This document shows, one piece after another, positions 17,952-27,125 of a stretch of DNA of 64,000 bases. The notes under the pieces were generated by a model. It was not told where the DNA came from. It saw only the letters and a list, made by a program, of their open reading frames with translations, and did no database searches. The stretch spans positions 392,782 through 456,781 of the forward strand of contig CAWAGP010000010.1 of assembly GCA_963781705.1 (NCBI GenBank), read 5' to 3'. Numbering within the stretch: position 1 is the stretch's first letter; each line of letters starts with the position of its first letter. A program made the position numbers and the translations under genes. The stretch is from an uncultured Chloroflexia bacterium. GTDB taxonomy: Bacteria; Chloroflexota; Limnocylindria; Limnocylindrales; CSP1-4.

Positions 17952-19061
17952 ATGCCCGTCCGCCGCCTCAACCAGGCACTCTCGAGAGTCGCCATCACCA
18001 TAGGCCTGGCCACGCTCATCGGCGTGTCCGGCCTGCTGGGCCCGGCACCGGTGATCGCCAAGGGCCAGTCAGGCACCGGCCCCGGCGGCTTGCTGGCGTG
18101 GGCTGATCTGGGCGCCTCGCTCGCCTCGCCGCTGCGACCACTCCTGGCGGCACTCGGCCAGAAGCAGATCAGCACCGGCACGGATGGGCGCTTGACCATG
18201 CTGCTGCTGGGGTCGGACACGCGCGGCAATGGCATCCAGCGCACCGACACGGTCATGATCATGTCCATCAAGAACGGCCAGATCTCGGTCGCGAGCATTC
18301 CGCGTGACACGTCACGGATCCCGAATCCGTATCACCCGGGAACTACCTTCAGAGGCAGGGTGAATACGCTCGTCAAGCAGTTGCGCAAAGGTGTGTCGAG
18401 CGATCAGGCGGCCCTGCAGCAGTTCGAATATGTCATCGAGAACCTGCTCGGCATCGAGATCGACTACTACGCGCTGGTCAAGTTCACGGGCTTCAACGAC
18501 CTTGTACAGCAGGTCGAGCCGATCACCATCAACACCCAGCGGATCAAGGACAAGAAGTTCTGGGACGATCCCAATCTGCTCAAGGGCATATATGTACCGG
18601 CGGCGAGCAATTACCAGCTCTATGCCTGGCAGCCGACAGCCCTCGCCAGTGACGGGCTGTGCAACGGCCTGTATAAGACGCACGGCACGTCGGCGTCGCA
18701 GTACTGGTGCCATCGCGCCCTCGACTACGTGCGCAGCCGGAAGGGCCCCGGCAACAACGACTTCGTGCGCGCGTCGCGCCAGCAGAACTTCGTGCTGGCC
18801 ACGATCAGGGCCGTCGCCTCGTCCGAGCTGTCGGGCCTGGTCGATACTGCGACCGCCAAGGCGGGCGAGAGCTCGCTGATCACGGACATCCCGATCAACA
18901 TTTCGACCGCGACGGACATGTACAACCTGCTCAAGAGCGCGTCCGTATCTGCGCAGGTTGTGTTCAGTCCACGCACATACTCGAAACACATCCGCGGCAC
19001 GACCGCTTATCAGCTGAACCTGGCGGCCGTCCGCGCCTGGGCCGCAGCGCACCTCAAGTAG
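17952..19061 (+). CDS. LCP family protein with signal peptide (paralog of 14680-15801)
   Basis: GTDGRLTMLLLGSD, RTDTVMIM, SIPRD, YVRSRK, DFVRASRQQ. Confidence 0.92.
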   Translation: MPVRRLNQALSRVAITIGLATLIGVSGLLGPAPVIAKGQSGTGPGGLLAWADLGASLASPLRPLLAALGQKQISTGTDGRLTMLLLGSDTRGNGIQRTDTVMIMSIKNGQISVASIPRDTSRIPNPYHPGTTFRGRVNTLVKQLRKGVSSDQAALQQFEYVIENLLGIEIDYYALVKFTGFNDLVQQVEPITINTQRIKDKKFWDDPNLLKGIYVPAASNYQLYAWQPTALASDGLCNGLYKTHGTSASQYWCHRALDYVRSRKGPGNNDFVRASRQQNFVLATIRAVASSELSGLVDTATAKAGESSLITDIPINISTATDMYNLLKSASVSAQVVFSPRTYSKHIRGTTAYQLNLAAVRAWAAAHLK

Positions 19062-19067
19062 TCGACG

Positions 19068-19882
19068 GTGGCCGTGAACCTGCGCCTGCTTAGTCGTGGG
19101 TTGGTGCTCGCCGTCGTCTTTGCCGGCCTGGTCTTTGCCGGCCTATTCGCCCGCGGCGCGGAGGCGTACATCGGCCAGAACCCGTACGCGGTCCATCTCG
19201 ACGGGCCTGCTGGTGTCGTTTCCTGCCAATCGCAGGTGGTCATCACCGCCACCGTGAGAGATGCCGAGACGGGAGTCCTCGTGAGTCACCAGGCCGTCGA
19301 GTGGGACATCAAGGTCAGTCTCTCCCCTGGTGATCGGCTGAGCGACCGCAGCACGGTCACGGGCGCTGACGGCAAGACGAGCGTCACTCTCAGCTTCGGG
19401 CCGGCGGAGGGCACGCGCACCGTCCGTGCGACGATATCGACCTTCCCGGCCACGATCGACGTAACCTGCCGCGGCGGCGTGCCGGCGCCCACGCCAAGCC
19501 GGCGACGCCAACGGCCAAGCCCACGGCAACGTCATCGGCCGTGCCTACCGCCAACCCGACAGCGAGCTCATCCACGCCGCCCACGCCCACAGGCTCGCCC
19601 GCGGCCACGTCATCGGCCGTGCCTACGGCCAGCCCGACGGCGAACACATCCCCGTCGCCCACGGCCACCGTGCCCGCGGGTACGCAGCCGGCCCCAACCA
19701 GCGGTGCTACTGCGGTCACGCAATCGTCCGGGCCCACCGCCACGGCGCCCGTACCAACGGCGTCCCCCTCTCCCGACTCGACCCCAGCCTCTGGTTCGGG
19801 CCCCGATCTGGCCCTGGTTCTCATCGCCAGTGTCGTCGTGATGGGCGCCGGCGCGCTCGTGCTGGTAGCTGCGCGGCATTGA
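19068..19882 (+). CDS. Surface protein: Ig-like (Big_1-type) domain, Pro/Thr/Ser-rich stalk, C-terminal TM anchor (frameshift near 19495)
   Basis: Signal peptide; ITATVRD...TVTGADGKTSVTL; PT-rich tail and hydrophobic C-terminus in a second frame (19541-19882). Confidence 0.75.
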
Positions 19883-21309
19883 CCTCGAACCGAACACGCG
19901 CCCCGCGGCGGCAGCTGGTCATGCAGTGGGTCGGCGTGGTCCTGATCGTCTGCGGCAGCCTGGTGCCGCTCGCTGCGCAGTGCCTGCCTTTGCTCGATGA
20001 CTACCAGCCCGTGACGCACATCCTTGGCTGGGGCGGCGAGAAGCGCTATCTCATCCTGGCCGAGGATCCTGCGGAACTGCGCCCAACCGGCGGCTATATC
20101 GGCACCGTGGGCATCGTCGGCATTACGCACGGCAGCTTGTCTGAGCGTTCCTTCCAGGACGTCTATCACCTCGATCTTCAGCCCGGAGTGCCGTTCGTAG
20201 AGCCCCCGGTACCGCTGGCGAATCACCTACTCACCGGCGGGAGCAGTTGGCAGCTGGCCGACTCCAACTGGTCACCCGACTTTCCGACAGCCGCCCAGGA
20301 GGCGCTGCGGCTGTACACGCTCGAGTCGGGCGACAGCAACGTCGACGGGGTCGTCGCGCTCACGACCTTCGCCATCGACCGATTACTGGAGGTTACCGGC
20401 CCGGTCGAGGTGCCCGACTACGGCGTGACCGTGCATGCCGGCGAGGTGACCATGACCACCCTCGCGCTCACGCGCGGGATCTCGACGCCGACCTCAGCGC
20501 GAAAGGCTTTTCTTGACGAGCTGGCGAACACGGTCATCGATCGCCTGAAGTCGTTGCCGGCAAGTGAGTGGCCGACCCTGCTGCAGGCCTTCACTGACAT
20601 AGGCGACCAGCGCCTGATGCTGGTCTGGTTCAAGGATCCTGCGGCGCAGTCGCTCGTCGCGGACCGCCCGATGGGCGGGGCCGTCAGGCAGGATCCGGGC
20701 GACTACGTTTACGTGGTCGAGGCGAACCTCGCCCCAACCTCCAAGTACGACCTGGTTGTCGATCGCCGGGACTCACTCGACGTGACGCTGGCGCCGAACG
20801 GAGACGCCACCGACAGCCTGCGGCTCGACTGGATGAACAACGCCATGGACCCCGGCGAGCCCTATGCGTCCATCCGCTCCTATTCGACGAGCACGACCGG
20901 CATCTACGGCGCCTACGTTCGCGTGCTCACTCCAGGCGCCAGCCAGCTCTTGTCCGCGAGCGGCATGGCGCTTGATCCGGTCACCGCGGCCGAAAGCGTG
21001 GCGCCGGAGGTGGGTCGCAACGCCTTCGGCAACTTCCTGCTCATGGCTCCCGGACCGTCCGATCTCACCTACCAATGGGCCACCCAGGCCGTCGCCACCC
21101 AGGCGTCGAATGGCGAGTGGACTTACACCCTCACCGTCCAGAAGCAGCCGGGGTTGCGGCCGATGCCGTTATCAGTGACCGTGGTGCCGCCGGAAGGCGC
21201 GACCATCGACTCTGTCTCTGCCGGTGCCACGGCAGCTGGCGGCGTGGTCACCTTGGCCACGACCCTGACCGAGGACGCGCAGCTCCAGGTTCGCTACCGG
21301 CTGCCGTGA
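19879..21309 (+). CDS. DUF4012 domain protein
   Basis: DPAELRPTGGYIG, DSNWSPDFPTAA, VDGVVAL, YTLTVQKQPG. Confidence 0.85.
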   Translation: MTSNRTRAPRRQLVMQWVGVVLIVCGSLVPLAAQCLPLLDDYQPVTHILGWGGEKRYLILAEDPAELRPTGGYIGTVGIVGITHGSLSERSFQDVYHLDLQPGVPFVEPPVPLANHLLTGGSSWQLADSNWSPDFPTAAQEALRLYTLESGDSNVDGVVALTTFAIDRLLEVTGPVEVPDYGVTVHAGEVTMTTLALTRGISTPTSARKAFLDELANTVIDRLKSLPASEWPTLLQAFTDIGDQRLMLVWFKDPAAQSLVADRPMGGAVRQDPGDYVYVVEANLAPTSKYDLVVDRRDSLDVTLAPNGDATDSLRLDWMNNAMDPGEPYASIRSYSTSTTGIYGAYVRVLTPGASQLLSASGMALDPVTAAESVAPEVGRNAFGNFLLMAPGPSDLTYQWATQAVATQASNGEWTYTLTVQKQPGLRPMPLSVTVVPPEGATIDSVSAGATAAGGVVTLATTLTEDAQLQVRYRLP

Positions 21310-21312
21310 GGG

Positions 21313-22308
21313 TTAGGGGAGGGTCCCCTGGAATCCCTTCTTCGCGACGATCGCGCGGTAGGCGGTAAGAGTGCTCGAGGGGCTGTCGAGTCGCCAGTCG
21401 GGCTGATTTACGAAGCGCATGTCGAGGTCGAAGTAGACCATCGCCACCAGCCGGGGCCACTTGGCGCGTACCTTGGGGTAGCCCGCAGAGATCCATGCCG
21501 CCTTGTTACAGCGACTGCAGCCTGGGACGTTGGCGGCGCCCATCTCGGCGGCGATGATCGGTTTCCTGCTCACGCGCATGAGCGCCCTCATCGAAGGCTT
21601 GAAGTTCACGACCATGCTCCGCCACGGCTGGTTGTTGTTGCTCCCCGACGGGCCCCAGTTGAAGGCCGTCAGGCCGACGTAGTCGACGTAGCTATTGCCG
21701 GGGTAGTAGGCGCGCAGGTGCGAGGCGCCGTAGATGCTCCACAGGAACTTGACATTGGTGGCGCCCACTGAGCTGAAGATGTTCCAGACGTGGCGCCAGG
21801 CCGCGACGAACTTGGCCGGGGTATTGGTGCAGCGGCTGGCGCCCCAGATGAACCAGTACCCGTTCATCTCGTGCGCGAAGCGCACGATCAGCCGGCCACC
21901 GTAGGCCTTGGCCGCCGTGGCCCAGTCGAGGATGTACGAGTCGTGGTCGCCGTTGATGATGTTGTCGAGCGACCAATGGCTGCAGTCGGTCTGATGCGCC
22001 GGGTCAATCGGCTCCCAGTTGACCATGGGCACGGTCGTGGGGTAGTGCGAGTGCAGGCTGTTCAGGAAGCTCGTCGGGAAGGCTCCGTCGCTGCCTCCCC
22101 AGTCGCTCCACACTGCCCACAGGGCCGGTGCGCGGCCGACACTCTGCGTGTAGTCGTTGACTGCGGCCAGGGTCTGGCTGTCGGCCACTGCCACCGATAC
22201 GCCCAGTGCGACCTTGCGGCCCCTGGCGTCCGTGGCCGGGGCCGACGCGGGAAGGACGATGGTCGCCGCGAGCAGCGCCACGGTCAGTAATCGGACGGTG
22301 TGTTTCAT
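21313..22308 (-). CDS. Secreted glycoside hydrolase family 26
   Basis: RFAHEMNGYWFIW, YYPGNSYVDYVG, KPIIAAEMG; signal peptide. Confidence 0.9.
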   Translation of the reverse strand: MKHTVRLLTVALLAATIVLPASAPATDARGRKVALGVSVAVADSQTLAAVNDYTQSVGRAPALWAVWSDWGGSDGAFPTSFLNSLHSHYPTTVPMVNWEPIDPAHQTDCSHWSLDNIINGDHDSYILDWATAAKAYGGRLIVRFAHEMNGYWFIWGASRCTNTPAKFVAAWRHVWNIFSSVGATNVKFLWSIYGASHLRAYYPGNSYVDYVGLTAFNWGPSGSNNNQPWRSMVVNFKPSMRALMRVSRKPIIAAEMGAANVPGCSRCNKAAWISAGYPKVRAKWPRLVAMVYFDLDMRFVNQPDWRLDSPSSTLTAYRAIVAKKGFQGTLP

Positions 22309-22406
22309 GTACCTGGTGTCCCCCTCGACGACAACACGATGGTGCTGCAAGTCAACCTATAGTCTCGTTCGCCGCGCCTTGCCGTGTCAATGTCGCCGGC
22401 TGACCG

Positions 22407-23564
22407 TCAGGAGGGCTCACGCTCCCATGCCCCCACACGGCGCCGCGCCAGGACATTGAGCCAAGCCAGGGCAAAAGCCAGGTTGACCACGAGGATCGTC
22501 AGCGCGAAGCTGGTCAGGGGAACGTTCCGGCCAATTCGGTGGGCCAGGTAGCCCACCAGCGCGAGCAGCCCGCCCAGCACGATCAACCCGGCCGGCAGCA
22601 GGTAGGCCACGGATCGACCGTCGAGCCATAACGCGATGCCTCCGAGCACCGCCAGCATGGCGATGAACGGCGTCGCCCAACGCAGCAGCTTGTGCGACCA
22701 GATGGCCAGGAAGCTGCCCGGCCGGCGCCAGGGCGGGATGTGCAGGGACATGCGCAGGTTGGCCTCGATGCCCTGCGTCGCGATGCGCGTCCGGCCGGCA
22801 AACTGGTCCGCCAGCGACACCGTGCCGCGATCGGTTCCCACTGCCCCGGGCGCGACGAGCACCAGTTTGCCCGATTCGCGCGCGATGAGCGGCAGCATCT
22901 GATCGAGCGATGCGTGCGCCGGCACCGGGCGGTAGATAGAGCGCCGAACGGCGAGCAGAGCACCGGTACCGGCCGACAGCCATCCGGCACGGCTTTCCCA
23001 GGCGCGCACCGCCAGCTCGTAGCGCCAGTACAGGCCCTCGTGACGGGCCGTGCTGGTGGCCTGTCCGTAGCGCCAGCTGAGAATGCCCGTCGTGCAACCC
23101 ACGCGTGGATCGGAGAACGGCGCGACCAGCGCCGCCAGGCAGCCCGGGGCGAAGCGTGTCTCGATATCCGTCAGCACCACCACCTCGCCACGAGCCGCGT
23201 CGAAGACCGCCATCTGGGCCGCGGACTGACCGCTGCGCGGCAGGTCGAGCACCTTGATGCGCTCGTCCGTGGCGGCAAGCGACCGGGCGATCTGCCGGGT
23301 GGCGTCGGTTGAGCCGTCGGACGCGACGATGATCTCGATCGTGAACGGCGGCGCCTGCTCGAGGACGTTCGCCAGCCGCTGCCGGAGCTGGTCCGCTCCA
23401 TCGTGGACTGCAACGCCGACGCTGACGAGCGCCGGCCAGGCGCCCTCCTCCAGGCGAGCAGCCGGCCGGAGCCTCGCCCATGTTGCCGCCAGCAGCGGAT
23501 AGCCGAAGTAGACCCACGTCAGCAGGGCCAGCGAGCCCCACAGGGCGAGCGGGGCGAGCCACAT
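22407..23564 (-). CDS. Membrane GT2 glycosyltransferase
   Basis: YFGYP, SDGSTD, FSDPRVGC, EGLYWRYE, WSHKLLRW; flanking TM segments. Confidence 0.9.
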   Translation of the reverse strand: MWLAPLALWGSLALLTWVYFGYPLLAATWARLRPAARLEEGAWPALVSVGVAVHDGADQLRQRLANVLEQAPPFTIEIIVASDGSTDATRQIARSLAATDERIKVLDLPRSGQSAAQMAVFDAARGEVVVLTDIETRFAPGCLAALVAPFSDPRVGCTTGILSWRYGQATSTARHEGLYWRYELAVRAWESRAGWLSAGTGALLAVRRSIYRPVPAHASLDQMLPLIARESGKLVLVAPGAVGTDRGTVSLADQFAGRTRIATQGIEANLRMSLHIPPWRRPGSFLAIWSHKLLRWATPFIAMLAVLGGIALWLDGRSVAYLLPAGLIVLGGLLALVGYLAHRIGRNVPLTSFALTILVVNLAFALAWLNVLARRRVGAWEREPS

Positions 23565-23571
23565 CGCGGGG

Positions 23572-24749
23572 CTACGTAAACAACTGGGGGAATTGGCGGC
23601 TGAGCCACCCGATGAGCCGCGTCGCCTCGCGTTCCGCCGTGTGATCGGCGGCCCAGGCAAGACCACGATCGCGCAGCAGCGTTCGGGCAGCCGGGTCCAT
23701 CAACAGGCCGCGCACTGCCTGGGCCAGCGCCTGCGCGTCGCCTGCGCGTACCAGCCGTCCACGGTCACCGCCGCCCAGCACCTGACCGATCGCACCCGTA
23801 TCGGCGGCCACTATCGGCAGGCCCGCGGCCATTGCCTCGACGAGCACCTTGGGCACTTTGTCGGCCTGCGACGGGTGTACGAAGACATGGGCGTCACGCA
23901 GCATATCGAGGAACTCCCGCCGCTCGCCCACATAGCCGGCAAACCTGACGTGGCCCGGAGGCAGCTGCGCGACGGCCCGTTCGACGTTGGGTCGCTCAGG
24001 TCCGTCGCCGATGAGCGTGAGCGTCACGTCACAGCCTGATTGGAGCAGCAGCTGTATCGCCTCGACCAATACCGGCAGGCCCTTCTCGCCGGCCATCCGG
24101 CCGGCCCACGCGATCCGCCACGGCGGCCCCTCACCAGCGGGCCGGATGGCGCGCGTGGCCGCCAGCTCTGTGCTGCTCACGATGCTGCTGAACAGTTCAC
24201 CATCCAGGCGGACGAGCGGTCCGTGCCGCCCAGCCAGTTCGCTGACGCGCGTCATAGCCGGCGCCTATGGCCTGGGCGAGCCACTGCTGCGGCGCGGGCC
24301 GCGACTGCGCGCGCGCCACGTCACTCACCCTGCCGGCGAGCCAGCCGAAATATGGAACATGTGCCCGCCGCGCCGCCGCCAGCGCAAGTAGCGCGTTGGA
24401 CGCCGGCAGCCTGAGCCAGAGCAGGTCCGAATCTTCGATCGGTCCGGCTGATCGGGCGCCAGTTGCGTGCGGACATGTAACCCGCCCGCGCGACGTAGTC
24501 GGCGATGCCGGAAAACCATGCGGTGGGTACGACCTCGAGCAGGTCCTGGTCGACAGGCCCAAGAGCTGGGTCCTTCTCCCCGGCCCTCAGTTGGCGGACC
24601 GGCACCAGGTAGCGCACACGATCGAAAGCGCCCGCCGAAGCGACGGCTTCGACGAAGCGATGGAAGGTGGCCGACACGGGATGAATCGTGTTTGCAGCGG
24701 TACGAACAAACAAGCCGTCATCGAGCACTGCCAGCCGGATTCCAGACAT
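23572..24749 (-). CDS. GT4 glycosyltransferase (frameshifted near 24440 and 24255)
   Basis: GRMAGEKG, PSQADKVPKVLVEAMAAGLP; N-terminal part in adjacent frames (LLWLRLPAS). Confidence 0.82.
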
Positions 24750-24762
24750 GTGGCGCGGCGGC

Positions 24763-26178
24763 TCAGGCGCGGCCCGCGGCGGGCTGCCGGAAGCGGCCAC
24801 GCAACAGGGACGAGGCGCGCTTCACGTCTGAGCGCCGGACGAGCAGCGTCTGGCGCAGCCCCTGGCCCGACAATCGCTGGTAGAGGACGAGGATCACGGC
24901 GGCGGTGAAGGTATAGCTGATCGTCGATGCGGCGGCCGCGCCGTTCATGCCGAACTGCGGGATCAGCAGCAGGTTGGCGCCGAGGTTGACAGCCAGGCCG
25001 GCAATCAGTACTGCCGTGACGCGACCAGGAGCGCCCCACGCGATGAGCGGGTTCGATAGCACGGCGACGATGGTGTACGCGAGCACGCCGGGCAGCATGA
25101 TCTGGAGAGCGGGGCCGGCGTCGCGGAAGGCCGTGCCGTAGAGGATCTCGACGAGGGCCGGCGCGACAAGCCACAGCGGAACGGCCACAACCACCATCAG
25201 CGCGAGGACGGTGCGGGTCATGGCGCTGGCGATGGCGGCGCTTTCGGGGCCGCCGCGGACCGCCCGGCTGAACAGCACCAGCCCCACAGATGTGGGCAGA
25301 TACCAGAGCGTTTCGGCCAGGCCCAGGGCAACCGAAAATACGCCGGTGGCGGCGACGCCCACCAGCGCGTTGAGCAGGAACGTGTTGGCGCGGAAGTGGA
25401 GGCGCTCGGCCAGCGTGCCAACCACGGTTCGCCCACCGAACGACAACTGCTGGATCAGTAGGCGAGAGCTGGCGTGAACGCCAACCATGCCGATGCGCGC
25501 CATCGCCCACACGATGCCCGCCACGGTGATCGCCAGTGCGGCCAGGTTGAGCGACAGGACCAGTTCGAGGTCGAGCCGGCTCAACAGCAGGAAGGCCACC
25601 AGCAGTACGACGAAGCTTGTCCGGCGGACGAAGCGCAGCACGTTGTAGGCAAGGACCCGCTGGCGGCCGAGCAGACCCACCAGGCCGATGCTGAAGGCGA
25701 TCTCGCCCGGCAACGCGAGGGCGCCAAGCCACAGCTGCGCCGGGGTGAGCTCGGGCATGATCGGCGCGAGCAGGCCGGTGGGGGCATGGTCGGCCGTCCG
25801 TGGCCCGTAGAGGGCGATGATCGCCAGCACGCCAAGGCCGCCCACCACCAGGGTCCAGAGGGCGACGTTGGCGAACGCGCGCCGCGCGACGTCGAGCGAC
25901 CGCGCAGCAAATACGGCGAGTGATCGCTCCAGGCCCAGGCTGAGCACGAGTGCGCCCAGGCTGCCCAGGGTCAGGATGAGCACGAAGGCGCCCTTGCCCT
26001 CTGGTCCCAGGGCGCGGGCGAGGATGATGTCGCCCACCACCACTGCGGCGGTGAGCGCGAGGCGTCCGCCGAACGTCAGCAGGACGTCCCGGCCAACACC
26101 GCGCCGGGCATCGACCACCTCCTGGGCCAGGGCCGCTGGGTCGGTCGCCTCCTTCAGTTCAGTCGCGCCAGTTGCCAC
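24763..26178 (-). CDS. wzx: Wzx-type oligosaccharide flippase
   Basis: ARALGPEGKG, about 12 TM segments, TGVFSVA, LLIPQFGMNGAAAAS. Confidence 0.9.
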   Translation of the reverse strand: MATGATELKEATDPAALAQEVVDARRGVGRDVLLTFGGRLALTAAVVVGDIILARALGPEGKGAFVLILTLGSLGALVLSLGLERSLAVFAARSLDVARRAFANVALWTLVVGGLGVLAIIALYGPRTADHAPTGLLAPIMPELTPAQLWLGALALPGEIAFSIGLVGLLGRQRVLAYNVLRFVRRTSFVVLLVAFLLLSRLDLELVLSLNLAALAITVAGIVWAMARIGMVGVHASSRLLIQQLSFGGRTVVGTLAERLHFRANTFLLNALVGVAATGVFSVALGLAETLWYLPTSVGLVLFSRAVRGGPESAAIASAMTRTVLALMVVVAVPLWLVAPALVEILYGTAFRDAGPALQIMLPGVLAYTIVAVLSNPLIAWGAPGRVTAVLIAGLAVNLGANLLLIPQFGMNGAAAASTISYTFTAAVILVLYQRLSGQGLRQTLLVRRSDVKRASSLLRGRFRQPAAGRA

Positions 26179-27106
26179 GGAACCAGTCGAGTGTGTCGGC
26201 CAGCCCGTCGCGCAGGTTGACTCGCGGCGAGTAGCCCAGCACCCGTTGGGCCTTCGAGATGTCGCTCACGTTGCGTGCCACGTCACCCAGGCTGGGCGGC
26301 TCATGACGAATTGGCACATCACCGCCACCGGCCTCGAACAGCATTCGCGCCAGGGTGAGCAGGCTGGTTTCCTGGCCGGTACCCACCTGGAAGGTCTCGC
26401 CGGCAACCAGCTCGGCCGGTGCGTCCAGGCAGGCAAGCACGATCGCCGTCATGTCGGCGACATGCACGTAGTCACGCGTCTGCTGTCCGGTGCCCCTGAT
26501 GGTCAACGGCCCGCCACGCAGGTAGGCCTTGACGAAAGCGGCGACGACGCTGCTCTTGTGCCCAGACCACGGACCGTAGGCGTTGGCGAAACGTAGCGCC
26601 ACGCCCTCAAGCCCGTACGACTGGTGGTAGGCGCGCAGGTAGGCTTCGATGGCCGCCTTGGCGGCGCCGTAGGGTGAAACGGGGAAGGGAACCAGGCCCT
26701 CGTGGGCGGGCGGCGGATGTCCGCCGATGACGGCGTTGGACGAGGCAAAGACGACCCGCTTGATACCCTGCTTGCGGGCCGCCTCGAGCAGCCCGAGCGA
26801 AGCATCGACGTTGATCGCGGAGTCTTCGAGCGGCTGGGCGATGGACTCGGGCACGCTCGCCTGCGCTGCCAGGTGGACGATCGCCGCGCAGCCTTCCAGC
26901 ACCCGCTCAAAGGCGTCCGGTTGGCGGATATCAGCTTGCTCGATTTGTGCGCGCGTGTCCGCGACGTTGGCGAAACCGGCGGCAATGCCGGAGTCGAGGA
27001 CCGTTACCTCGTCGCCACGGTCGAGCAGCGCCCGGGTGACCGCCGCACCCACGAATCCCGCGCCGCCGGTGACCAGATATCGACTGCCCAGACCGTCCTC
27101 CCGCAT
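26159..27106 (-). CDS. NAD-dependent nucleotide-sugar epimerase (GalE-like)
   Basis: TGGAGFVG, HLAAQASV, ASS, PYGAAK, RFANAYGP, QTRDYVHV. Confidence 0.92.
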   Translation of the reverse strand: MREDGLGSRYLVTGGAGFVGAAVTRALLDRGDEVTVLDSGIAAGFANVADTRAQIEQADIRQPDAFERVLEGCAAIVHLAAQASVPESIAQPLEDSAINVDASLGLLEAARKQGIKRVVFASSNAVIGGHPPPAHEGLVPFPVSPYGAAKAAIEAYLRAYHQSYGLEGVALRFANAYGPWSGHKSSVVAAFVKAYLRGGPLTIRGTGQQTRDYVHVADMTAIVLACLDAPAELVAGETFQVGTGQETSLLTLARMLFEAGGGDVPIRHEPPSLGDVARNVSDISKAQRVLGYSPRVNLRDGLADTLDWFRGNWRD

Positions 27107-27125
27107 CGGCGCAGTCTATTCGCGG

